In this document: positions 29,092 to 38,123 of the stretch, piece after piece
Layout: every line of letters begins with the position of its first letter
How positions within the stretch are numbered: position 1 is the first letter of the stretch
NCBI GenBank assembly: GCA_028704975.1
Contig: JAQWEK010000001.1
Coordinates: 29,038 to 93,037, forward strand
Source of the DNA: Bacteroidales bacterium
GTDB lineage: Bacteria; Bacteroidota; Bacteroidia; Bacteroidales; UBA932
Direction of reading: 5' to 3'
DNA length: 64,000 nt
The notes under the pieces: model-generated
What the model was told of the DNA's origin: nothing
The model's input: the letters and a program-made list of their open reading frames with translations, nothing else
Databases searched by the model: none
Position numbers and translations under genes: made by a program

Positions 29092-30000
29092 ATGGAGAGG
29101 AAAATTCTCATAACCGGCGCAACAGGTTTTGTTGGTAAAACATTGATTCCTTATTTGTATAATAATGGAATTGAGGATATTGCATTGCTTGTAAGAAATG
29201 AGGATAAGGCGTACCGTCTATTTGGAGATATTAATCTTACAATTATTTCCTTGCAAAAAGAGAGCTGGAAAGATGAAGTAAAAAAGTTTAATGCGGAGGT
29301 TGTGATTCATCTGGCAGCTTTCTTCTCTACCAAATATGATTATGCAACAGCCGTAGAGTTAGTGAATAGTAATTTACTTTTTACGACGGAACTTTTAGTT
29401 GCCCTGCAAGATACTGATTGTAAATATTTTGTAAATACAGGAACGTTTACCGAATTCCTTTATGGCGACGGCAAATATTTTCCGGCAAATCTTTACTCTG
29501 CAACCAAAACGGCTGAAAGATCTATAATTCAATATTTTACAAATCTGTCGGGAATAAAATGGATTAACATTATTCTCTATTCTCCTTATGGCAGAAAGAA
29601 TGATTACAAGAAAGTTATTGATTATATGGCAGATGCGATGAATGCTAAAGCACAGGTTGCATTTAGCAAAGGCGAGCAGATACTGGATTTTATTCATGTG
29701 GATGACATTGCAGATTTTTATTTGAATTTGTTAAAGAAGATTGATTTGCTCAATGAACCTTTTGAGGAGTTTCATCTTGGAACCGGTGAAGGTCACAGTA
29801 TTAGGGAGGTTGCGCAAATTATGGAGGATGTTTTTGGCAAAAAAATTAATGCTAACTGGGGAGGACTTCCATACAGAAAGTTTGATATTATGCATGCTAT
29901 AGCCCCGGTGAAGAAGAACATGGACGTTCTTGGGTGGATGGCAAAAATTGATATACGCAGGGGAATGGAAATTTTCAGGGCAGATATAATTCAGACTTAA
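29092..30000 (+). CDS. NAD(P)-dependent sugar 4-ketoreductase/epimerase (SDR; CDP-dideoxyhexose synthase-like)
   Basis: ILITGATGFVGKTL Rossmann motif, YSATK catalytic YxxxK. The ATG at 29092 lies 1 nt after the rfbF stop. Confidence 0.75.
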   Translation: MERKILITGATGFVGKTLIPYLYNNGIEDIALLVRNEDKAYRLFGDINLTIISLQKESWKDEVKKFNAEVVIHLAAFFSTKYDYATAVELVNSNLLFTTELLVALQDTDCKYFVNTGTFTEFLYGDGKYFPANLYSATKTAERSIIQYFTNLSGIKWINIILYSPYGRKNDYKKVIDYMADAMNAKAQVAFSKGEQILDFIHVDDIADFYLNLLKKIDLLNEPFEEFHLGTGEGHSIREVAQIMEDVFGKKINANWGGLPYRKFDIMHAIAPVKKNMDVLGWMAKIDIRRGMEIFRADIIQT

Positions 30001-30046
30001 AGCTGATTATCGGACTATAAATATTTAATTTATAAATCTTTACTTT

Positions 30047-31099
30047 ATGGGAAAAGTAAATGATAAAACAGATTTTTTTAAGTACGTAGATTCATTTGCA
30101 AAAGATGACGGCGTTGGTTCCCTGCTTATAAAGGGAGAAATGTCATCTGTCATACCTGCCGTTACAATTGCCATCCCTACATATAAGAGGCCTGAATTTA
30201 TCAATTGTGCAATTAATTCTGCTCTTGCTCAGGAAAATTTTGATAATTATGAAGTTATAGTTGTTGACAATGACCCTGAAAGAGGTACTGAAACGGAAAA
30301 AATTGTTTGCGCAATTGACAATCCCAAACTTAGGTATTACAAAAATGCCGGGAATCTGGGGATGTTTGGGAATATGAATAGATGCATAAAACTTGCGAGA
30401 ACACAGTGGATTGCATATTTACATGATGATGATATTTTGTCTCCGGAATTCCTGAACAAAATTTTCGGAGTCTTAAGAAGGTTTGACAAAATCAGCATGT
30501 TATGTTCAAGACACAACATGGTGGTATATGATGGAAAATATTATCAGGATGCGCCAAAGGCGCTCTATCATAAATTTGAGGGTGGATTTTGCAAGATGAG
30601 GCTAAAGGATTTTTCTCACTATTACCCCGTTAGGAGTACAGGGTGTGTTTTCCAAAGAGAAAAAGCTATAAGCCTTGGGGGTTTTAATTCCGATTTTTAT
30701 CCTACTTCCGATTATGTTTTTTCTGCTATCTATAGTTATAATTATAGATGTTATGATTATAACTGTTATTTGTACAACTATAGAATTGGGCTTAATGAGT
30801 CGGCTAATCCGGAAACGTATAAAAAAACATTTTTGAATGACTATTATCTACAATTGGCAATTGAGAAAAAATACGGGAGAGGATCAAGCTTCATTACTAA
30901 AACAGTTGAGGCTAATACATTAAGAAATCGTGTGCGACTTAACATATATGGCATAACAAGTCTTGATTTTGCAAACGAAATTATTACCGGAACTGTTAAG
31001 AAGATACATATTATTTATAATGATGCAGTTATGATATGTGGCAGAGGAAGGAAGATTTTGTGCTTTATAATTTCTAAATTATTATTGGGGGTAAAATGA
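30047..31099 (+). CDS. Glycosyltransferase family 2
   Basis: VTIAIPTYKRPEFI...VIVVDNDPERG...AYLHDDD. Confidence 0.85.
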   Translation: MGKVNDKTDFFKYVDSFAKDDGVGSLLIKGEMSSVIPAVTIAIPTYKRPEFINCAINSALAQENFDNYEVIVVDNDPERGTETEKIVCAIDNPKLRYYKNAGNLGMFGNMNRCIKLARTQWIAYLHDDDILSPEFLNKIFGVLRRFDKISMLCSRHNMVVYDGKYYQDAPKALYHKFEGGFCKMRLKDFSHYYPVRSTGCVFQREKAISLGGFNSDFYPTSDYVFSAIYSYNYRCYDYNCYLYNYRIGLNESANPETYKKTFLNDYYLQLAIEKKYGRGSSFITKTVEANTLRNRVRLNIYGITSLDFANEIITGTVKKIHIIYNDAVMICGRGRKILCFIISKLLLGVK

Positions 31100-31698
31100 T
31101 GCTTGAAAATAGACCGAGTTTAAAAAAAATTCTTCATCATGTGATGATGAATGAATTAACCGCGCAGCCAAGATGGTTCACCCGAATGTTGATTAATCCT
31201 TTCTTTATAAAAAAAGGGAAAGGTTCAATAATTAAGGCCGGAGCGCGTCTTGATCTAATACCGTCAAAAAAATTTATTGTTGGAAATCACTGTGTCGTAG
31301 AAACCAGAACTACAATAAATAATCAAGTGGGAGATGTAGTAATAGAGGATGGCTCTATGATTACAACAGGAGTCACCATTGTGGGGCCGGTTCATATCGG
31401 GAAAAATGTTATAGTTGGTAATGGAACATTAATCTTTGGTATGCGGCACAATTATGAAAATCCGGACTTGCCCATTTCCGCTCAGGGTATAAGTACTAGT
31501 TTGACAACTGTATGTGATGATTCTTGGATAGGGGGTAATGTCGTTATTAATCAGGGTGTTACCATTGGAAAACATTCACTTGTCGGGACCGGTAGCGTAG
31601 TTACCAGGGATGTTCCTCCGTATTGCATTGTTGCCGGTGTCCCTGCTAGAATTATAAAGAAATATGATTTTCAAAAAAATGAATGGATTCTGGTTTAG
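31096..31698 (+). CDS. Hexapeptide-repeat (left-handed beta-helix) acetyltransferase
   Basis: 200 aa with repeated [LIV]G-x4 hexapeptides (IGKNVIVGNGTLI, IGGNVVINQGVTIGKHSLVGTGSVV). ATGA start/stop overlap with the upstream GT2. Confidence 0.8.
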   Translation: MMLENRPSLKKILHHVMMNELTAQPRWFTRMLINPFFIKKGKGSIIKAGARLDLIPSKKFIVGNHCVVETRTTINNQVGDVVIEDGSMITTGVTIVGPVHIGKNVIVGNGTLIFGMRHNYENPDLPISAQGISTSLTTVCDDSWIGGNVVINQGVTIGKHSLVGTGSVVTRDVPPYCIVAGVPARIIKKYDFQKNEWILV

Positions 31699-31713
31699 TT
31701 TGTAAATTAGAGA

Positions 31714-33198
31714 ATGGGAGAATTAACGGTTAAAACTTTTAACGGTGCAAAGTGGAGTCTTGCGGGAAACGTTACAACGGCGCTTGTTTCGTTTATTGTT
31801 GGTATTGTACTTGCCAGGATTCTTTCTGTTGAGCAGTATGGCTTCTTAGGAATGATTGCAATTTTTATTGCAATATCTAATGCATTCATTGACAGTGGAT
31901 TTTCCAATGCACTTATTAGAAAAAAAGAGGTATCCGAGAAAGACTATAATACAATCTTTTATTTTAACATCGCAATAAGTTTTTTGTCTTTTATTCTGCT
32001 GTTTTTCCTGGCTGTTCCAATTGCACATTTCTATAATCAGCCATTATTGGTGCCCGTTACGAGAGTGTTTGCAATTACTCTAATTATTAATGCTTTAGGG
32101 TTGGTCCAAGTTGTCGTTTTTACAAGAAGGGTAGACTTTAAAACACAGGCATGGGTAAATATAATTTCAACATTATTCGGAGGCATAATTGCAATATTTC
32201 TTGCACTTAAGGGCTTTGGCGTTTGGAGTCTTGTTTGGCAGCAGATTATAAAGCAATCTATTAACACATTATTAATTTGGATTTTTTGCTCGTGGCGGCC
32301 GGTTTCACCTTTTTCTCATGATGCTTTTAGCAGAGAAAGTTTTAAAGATTTATTTGGATTTGGTTCAAAATTACTTGCATCAGGTCTTCTTGGAACCTTA
32401 TTTGACAACGCGGCGTATATTATTATTGGAAAAGTCTATAGTCCAACCCAATTGGGATTATATACAAGAGGAGAGCAATTCCCCAATTTTCTTTCAACTA
32501 ATTTTTCATATGCAGTGCAGCGGGCGACTTTTCCAACATTAAGCACAATGCAAGATGACAAATCGCGTCTTAAAGGTGCATTTGTCCGTGTTTTTCGCAG
32601 TGTGTTATTGGTTTCCGTATCGCTGTGTCTGTTCCTTGCAGCAATAGCTAAACCTCTTATAATTTCATTGTTAGGTGTGAAATGGGGAGGTTCTGTGATA
32701 TATCTACAACTTTTATGTTTCATCGCCGTATTTTTCCCTTTACATGCTATTAACTTAAACGTCCTACAAGTCAAGGGCAGGAGTGATTGGATATTAGGCG
32801 CGGAATTCATCAAAAGAGGAATGTCAGTTATCCCGATAGTAATAGGTATTTTTGTGAGTATCAAGGCAATGCTTATTGCAATGATAGTTGTATCTATTTT
32901 GTCATTGTATGTAAATTGCTGGTGCGAGAATAAATTGTTAGGGTATTCTTTCTGGGAGGAAATGAGAGATTTTCTTCCCGTATTTGGGATCGCATTCCTG
33001 ATAGCCTTAATTATTTTATGTGTGCAATTTCTACCTGTAAATTGTTATATACAGCTTGCAATACAGGTGACAGGCGGGTGTGCATTATTCCATTTTATTT
33101 ACACTTGGATTAAGCAGCCGCAATATATTGAACTTAAAGAATTAGCTTTGTCATATTTGAAAAAAAATAATAATAATGAAAAATTTGAACAAGAGTAA
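31714..33198 (+). CDS. wzx: Oligosaccharide repeat-unit flippase (Wzx, MOP superfamily)
   Basis: 494-aa polytopic protein. The N-terminus WSLAGNVTTALVSFIVGIVLARIL and overall hydrophobic periodicity are typical of polysaccharide biosynthesis (Wzx) proteins. Confidence 0.8.
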   Translation: MGELTVKTFNGAKWSLAGNVTTALVSFIVGIVLARILSVEQYGFLGMIAIFIAISNAFIDSGFSNALIRKKEVSEKDYNTIFYFNIAISFLSFILLFFLAVPIAHFYNQPLLVPVTRVFAITLIINALGLVQVVVFTRRVDFKTQAWVNIISTLFGGIIAIFLALKGFGVWSLVWQQIIKQSINTLLIWIFCSWRPVSPFSHDAFSRESFKDLFGFGSKLLASGLLGTLFDNAAYIIIGKVYSPTQLGLYTRGEQFPNFLSTNFSYAVQRATFPTLSTMQDDKSRLKGAFVRVFRSVLLVSVSLCLFLAAIAKPLIISLLGVKWGGSVIYLQLLCFIAVFFPLHAINLNVLQVKGRSDWILGAEFIKRGMSVIPIVIGIFVSIKAMLIAMIVVSILSLYVNCWCENKLLGYSFWEEMRDFLPVFGIAFLIALIILCVQFLPVNCYIQLAIQVTGGCALFHFIYTWIKQPQYIELKELALSYLKKNNNNEKFEQE

Positions 33199-34306
33199 GA
33201 TTCTGGTTGCTAGTCCATTATTGCCGGATTTGAAGTTGTTTGAACAATCTTTAAAAAAGATTTGGGAGAGCAAGTGGCTAACCAATAACGGAGAATTTCA
33301 TAAAAAATTTGAAGTTGAGTTATGTAAATATCTTGGTGTCAAATATCTTTCAATTTATACTAACGGAACTCTGCCAATTCTTGCGGCGTTGCAAACTTTA
33401 AAAATTACAGGTGAAGTTATTACTACACCATATAGTTTTGTTGCTACAACCCATGCGTTATGGTGGAATGGTATTAAACCGGTGTTTGTTGATATTGATC
33501 CTGTTACGGGAAATTTGGACCCCAATAAAATAGAGTCTGCCATTACACCTAAAACTACCGCAATTCTTCCGGTTCATGTGTACGGGAATCCTTGTGACAC
33601 AAAGAAAATTAAGGCAATTGCGGACAAGTATGGGCTTAAAGTTATATACGATGCCGCTCATGCCTTTGGTGTAAAAGTTAATGGCAAATCTATTCTGAAA
33701 GAGGGCGATTTATCCACGCTTAGTTTTCATGCCACCAAGGTGTTCAGTACCTTTGAAGGAGGAGCGTTAATTGCTCATAATCAGGAAATAAAGCAAAGGA
33801 TCGAATTCCTGAAAAACTTTGGTTTTGCGGATGAGGTTACCGTTGTAGGTCCCGGCATCAATGGAAAAATGGATGAGGCGAGGGCTGCCTATGGCTTGTT
33901 GAATTTAAAGCAAGTTGATGCCGCTATAGATAGGAGAAAAAAAGTTGCAAAAATATATCGTGATGAATTAAAAAATATTCACGGCATTAGGTATATGTAT
34001 GATATGAAGGGAGTAAGACACAATTATGCTTATTTCCCGATTTTTGTTGATGAGAAAGAATTTGGTGTCTCAAGGGATGCTTTGTATGAGGGCATGAAGG
34101 TGTATAATGTCTTTGGAAGAAGATATTTCTATCCGCTAATAAGTACATTTTCCACTTATAGGGGGTTGTCATCAGCCTTACCTTCAAATTTGCCGGTCGC
34201 TACCAAGTTGGCTGATACTGTGATTTGTCTTCCAATGCATCATGATTTGTCAGATTCTGATGTTGAGCGCGTGATTGATTCTATTAAAAAATACTATAAA
34301 AAGTAA
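33176..34306 (+). CDS. DegT/DnrJ/EryC1-type PLP-dependent NDP-keto-sugar aminotransferase
   Basis: 376 aa. The PLP-Lys block is retained (LSFHATKVFSTFEGG). The 5' end overlaps wzx by 23 nt. Confidence 0.85.
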   Translation: MKNLNKSKILVASPLLPDLKLFEQSLKKIWESKWLTNNGEFHKKFEVELCKYLGVKYLSIYTNGTLPILAALQTLKITGEVITTPYSFVATTHALWWNGIKPVFVDIDPVTGNLDPNKIESAITPKTTAILPVHVYGNPCDTKKIKAIADKYGLKVIYDAAHAFGVKVNGKSILKEGDLSTLSFHATKVFSTFEGGALIAHNQEIKQRIEFLKNFGFADEVTVVGPGINGKMDEARAAYGLLNLKQVDAAIDRRKKVAKIYRDELKNIHGIRYMYDMKGVRHNYAYFPIFVDEKEFGVSRDALYEGMKVYNVFGRRYFYPLISTFSTYRGLSSALPSNLPVATKLADTVICLPMHHDLSDSDVERVIDSIKKYYKK

Positions 34307-34311
34307 ATGCC

Positions 34312-35022
34312 ATGAAACTTGGAATAATGCAGCCTTACTTTTTTCCGTATTTGGGGTATTTTAGTTTGATAAAACATACTGATAGGTTTATACTTTTTGA
34401 CCCTGTTCAGTTTATAAGGCATGGATGGATTGAGAGAAATAGAACTTTGAAGCCCGGCGAAGGATGGCAGTATATTCAAGTCCCGTTGGTGAAATTTGCG
34501 CGGGAAACCAATATTGCAGATGTAAGAATAAACAATGCCGAAAATTGGAAAAACAAGATTGTTGCACAACTTCAGCATTATAAGAAACTGGCGCCCTACT
34601 ATAGAAATGTAATGGAATTGCTTAATAATGTGTTTTCTGATAATTATGATGACATTGTTTCTTTTGATAAGAAGTCATTGGAGGCAGTTTGCGAATTTCT
34701 TGGTTTTGAAAGAAATATGGAGGTCTATTCAAAGATGGATTTGGAGATTGAGCCGGTATATGCCCCTGATGAATGGGCGCTTAATATTTGCAAAGCAATA
34801 CCCGGGGCTGATGAATATATTAATCCCCCCGGCGGACAATCCTTTTTTGACAAGAGCAAGTACGATAAGAATAATATTAAGTTGGAATTTCTTGAGATTA
34901 ATTTGCATGAGTATAGCCAGAAAAGGCCTGTCTTTGAGTCCGGCTTATCTGTTATAGATGTTATGATGTTTAATTCTCCGGAGGAAATCAGTACAATGCT
35001 TGATGATTATAAAATATTGTAA
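34312..35022 (+). CDS. WbqC family protein
   Basis: N-terminus MKLGIMQPYFFPYLGYFSLI...FDPVQFIRHGWIERNR is the WbqC signature. 236 aa. Confidence 0.8.
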   Translation: MKLGIMQPYFFPYLGYFSLIKHTDRFILFDPVQFIRHGWIERNRTLKPGEGWQYIQVPLVKFARETNIADVRINNAENWKNKIVAQLQHYKKLAPYYRNVMELLNNVFSDNYDDIVSFDKKSLEAVCEFLGFERNMEVYSKMDLEIEPVYAPDEWALNICKAIPGADEYINPPGGQSFFDKSKYDKNNIKLEFLEINLHEYSQKRPVFESGLSVIDVMMFNSPEEISTMLDDYKIL

Positions 35023-35032
35023 ATAACTTAAT

Positions 35033-35731
35033 ATGAAAAGGATAGCGATTATCGGAGCGCACACAAACGCAAGGGTTATATATTATATGATAAAAAAATA
35101 TAATCTTTTTGAAGTGACATGTTTTGCAGTTGATAAAGAGTATTTACACGGCGAGAAAGAATATTTGGGACTTCCTTTAATTGCAATTGACGAGTTGCCA
35201 AAATACATTTCAAAAGAGACCGATTATGTGTTCATAGGTGTTCTTTGGAATAACTTAAATTCTGATAGAAGACACTTATATGAGAAGATGAAATGTCTTG
35301 GATATAAATTTGTTAATGTGATCTCTCCTACGGCGGTCATTCAAGAAGAAGTGAAACTCGGTGAAAATATATTGATATGCGATAATGCAGTAATAGAATG
35401 TAATACTTCTATCGGTGATGATACTTATATTCACGGAGGTGCTTTTGTGAGCGAATCTTGCAATATCGGCAGACACTGTTTTTTGGGAATTAAATCTTTG
35501 ACTGCAGGTGCGGTAACTCTTGGTGATCAGTGCTTTGTGGGGGTGGGTGCTACCCTGTTTGATGAAGTTAAGATAGGAGAGAAGTGTGTGATTGGAGCAA
35601 GGACCATTATTAAGAGGAATCTTCCTTCATATAGTATGGTCAAAACTAAAACATCTGAGTTGCAGGTAATAGAGCAATTGGATGCGGATAGCATAACAGG
35701 TAAGATTGTTGCGGGAAAAAACATTAGGTAG
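35033..35731 (+). CDS. NeuD/PglD-type sugar N-acetyltransferase (Rossmann-like N-domain plus hexapeptide beta-helix)
   Basis: IAIIGAHTNARV N-domain followed by hexapeptide repeats (IGDDTYIHGGAFV, IGRHCFLGIKS, VGVGATLF, IGEKCVIGART). Confidence 0.8.
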   Translation: MKRIAIIGAHTNARVIYYMIKKYNLFEVTCFAVDKEYLHGEKEYLGLPLIAIDELPKYISKETDYVFIGVLWNNLNSDRRHLYEKMKCLGYKFVNVISPTAVIQEEVKLGENILICDNAVIECNTSIGDDTYIHGGAFVSESCNIGRHCFLGIKSLTAGAVTLGDQCFVGVGATLFDEVKIGEKCVIGARTIIKRNLPSYSMVKTKTSELQVIEQLDADSITGKIVAGKNIR

Positions 35732-35751
35732 GTTGTGTCTAAATTATATAT

Positions 35752-36750
35752 ATGCTAGTTATGGCTGCTGAGAATAACATACTTGTAAGTGTTTGTTGCG
35801 CAGTATATAATCAGGCGCAGTTTATTCGTCAAACTTTAGACGGGATTGTCTCTCAAAAAACTAATTTTAAGTTTGAGGTTCTTGTAAATGATGACTGTTC
35901 GACTGATGGAACGACTGATATCATCAAAGAGTATGAGGAAAAATATTCTGATTTAATCAAACCAATTTATCACAGTGAAAATCAATATTCAAAGGGAATA
36001 TCTGTTAATTATGTTAATAATTTTAACCGCGTAAAGGGTAAATACATAGCACTTTGTGAGGGCGATGATTATTGGATTGATGAGGGCAAACTTCAAATGC
36101 AAGTTGATTTTCTGGAGAATAATCCAGATTACTCTTTGACTTACACGGATTACAAAACATATTTTCAAAAGAATGGCTCTTTCCGTCCTAATAATTTCTG
36201 GAGGGATAATTTTTTACATCCCACATTTAGGCTGCACCTTATTCATACAATGTATCTTGCTCCGTGTTCTTGGCTTTTTAAGACAGCGGATTTGCCTCAG
36301 ATCCCATCAGATGCGGTGGATGGTACATACGGAATTATGCTCTTCTTTTTGGCATCTAAAAAAGTAAAATACATAGACAAGGTTACTTGTGTTTACAGGG
36401 TGCTGGGAGAGAGCGCGAGCCATACGCCTACTTTAAAGAAAAAATACGATTTTTTAAGAGGGCTTATAAAGACTCAGGATGAGTGTATGGTGCTGTATGG
36501 TGCTAATTTGGAGCTTGTTACGGAAGTGCATTATCATATGTATAATAGAGTTTTCAAATTGGCTGTTGCAAGAGGTGATTTCCAATTCATTAAGTTGATG
36601 AGAGAATTTTGGAGCAAAAATACGTGCAGGAATACAAGTGACAGGGTATATTATTTTTTAAGTCATTTCTCACATATTCTGCATCCGTTTTTTTATTGTG
36701 CATATAATATTAAAACCTCTGTTAAGCAGATGCTTGGCGTAAAGGATTAA
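35752..36750 (+). CDS. Glycosyltransferase family 2
   Basis: VSVCCAVYNQAQFI...VLVNDDCSTDGT...ALCEGDDYW. Confidence 0.85.
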   Translation: MLVMAAENNILVSVCCAVYNQAQFIRQTLDGIVSQKTNFKFEVLVNDDCSTDGTTDIIKEYEEKYSDLIKPIYHSENQYSKGISVNYVNNFNRVKGKYIALCEGDDYWIDEGKLQMQVDFLENNPDYSLTYTDYKTYFQKNGSFRPNNFWRDNFLHPTFRLHLIHTMYLAPCSWLFKTADLPQIPSDAVDGTYGIMLFFLASKKVKYIDKVTCVYRVLGESASHTPTLKKKYDFLRGLIKTQDECMVLYGANLELVTEVHYHMYNRVFKLAVARGDFQFIKLMREFWSKNTCRNTSDRVYYFLSHFSHILHPFFYCAYNIKTSVKQMLGVKD

Positions 36751-36767
36751 CATAAGTATACGCAGCT

Positions 36768-37985
36768 ATGAGAATAATTTTTTGGATATTGGTATTTATA
36801 GTTTTTTACACTTATATAGGCTACGGTATTTTGGTGTGGCTGCTTGTCAAAATTAAGGAGCACGGTAAGTCTCATGATAGTTTATCTTCTCATAGCATGG
36901 ATATTCCGGAGGTAACGATTTTAATTGCAGCGTATAATGAGGAGGCCGTGGCGGCGGATAAAATGGATAACTGCATGGCTTTGGATTATCCCGCCGATAA
37001 GCTAAATGTGTTGTGGGCAACTGACGGCTGTACGGATAATACGGTTCCTCTTTTAACAAAATATATAAATGACCACAAGTTGCAGAATGTTAAAATTCAG
37101 GCATTTGATGAGAGAAAAGGGAAGGGCGCCACTTTGCGCAGAGGTATTGAACATGTAAAAACGCCTATTGTCGTATTTACCGATGCAAATACTATGATTA
37201 ACAAAAAGGCTATCAGGGAGATAGTTAAGAAGTTTGATAATCCAAAGGTTGGTTGTGTGTCAGGAGAAAAGAGAGTAGGCAATGCAGAAAAAGAAAATAG
37301 CATTGAACATAATCGGGTGAAGGATGCCGTTGAAACAGAGGGCATTTACTGGAAGTATGAGTCATTTTTAAAAGATCTTGACAGCCGTTTGTGCTCTGCC
37401 ATGGGAGCAGACGGTGGATTGTTTGCACTAAGAAGAGAATTGTTTGAGACGCTGCCGGAAGGAGTGCTTTTGGATGACTTTATCATATCCATGCGGATAT
37501 TGTTAAAAGGCTATTTGATAGCTTATTGCCCGGAGGCTTATGTCCATGAGGGAACCTCTGCAAGCATTGCGGAAGAGTCCAAGAGAAAAGTAAGAATTGC
37601 CGCAGGGGGAATACAATCTGTCGGGATGCTAAAACCGCTGCTAAATATTTTTAAATACGGAATATTGAGTTTTGAATATATTTCTCATAGGGTGCTGAGA
37701 TGGACGATTACGCCTTTTGCACTACTGTTGCTATTGCCGCTGAATATCATTATTATTGCTGTAAATGGCTGGAATCCTTTGATTTATCCTATTGTTTTTG
37801 TTTTGCAGTTGTTGTTTTATGATTTGGCGTTATACGGAGCTATTCTTTCCAGGCAGGGGAAGAAAAGCAAAATACCGTACGTGTGCTATTACTTCATGTT
37901 TATGAATATCTGCGTGTTCAAAGGAATAGCATATTTGAGAAGGAAGAGTGGAGAAGGTACGTGGGAAAAAGCTAAGAGGGCATGA
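36768..37985 (+). CDS. Membrane-embedded GT2, synthase-like, with a variant QxxRW position
   Basis: N-terminal TM, then VTILIAAYNEE, VVFTDANT and LLDDF, then KRKVRIAAGG where QxxRW is expected, followed by several C-terminal TM helices. Confidence 0.75.
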   Translation: MRIIFWILVFIVFYTYIGYGILVWLLVKIKEHGKSHDSLSSHSMDIPEVTILIAAYNEEAVAADKMDNCMALDYPADKLNVLWATDGCTDNTVPLLTKYINDHKLQNVKIQAFDERKGKGATLRRGIEHVKTPIVVFTDANTMINKKAIREIVKKFDNPKVGCVSGEKRVGNAEKENSIEHNRVKDAVETEGIYWKYESFLKDLDSRLCSAMGADGGLFALRRELFETLPEGVLLDDFIISMRILLKGYLIAYCPEAYVHEGTSASIAEESKRKVRIAAGGIQSVGMLKPLLNIFKYGILSFEYISHRVLRWTITPFALLLLLPLNIIIIAVNGWNPLIYPIVFVLQLLFYDLALYGAILSRQGKKSKIPYVCYYFMFMNICVFKGIAYLRRKSGEGTWEKAKRA

Positions 37986-38043
37986 TGACTGTAATACTGA
38001 ATACGTGCGTGCTTTTCAGCGTATTAGAGAAGGATCTAGATAA

Positions 38044-38051
38044 TATTTTTG
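38044..38051 (+). promoter_or_regulatory. Candidate -7 box (TATTTTTG) upstream of the UDP-glucuronate decarboxylase gene
   Basis: TAnnTTTG match inside the 138-nt gap, 73 nt upstream of the ATG at 38124. Confidence 0.35.
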
Positions 38052-38123
38052 TAACTTTACGGCATTAAATGTTTCTGCGAGTGTAGTGCGCTTAATGAAT
38101 GCTTAAACTTATTCTTTTCTAAA

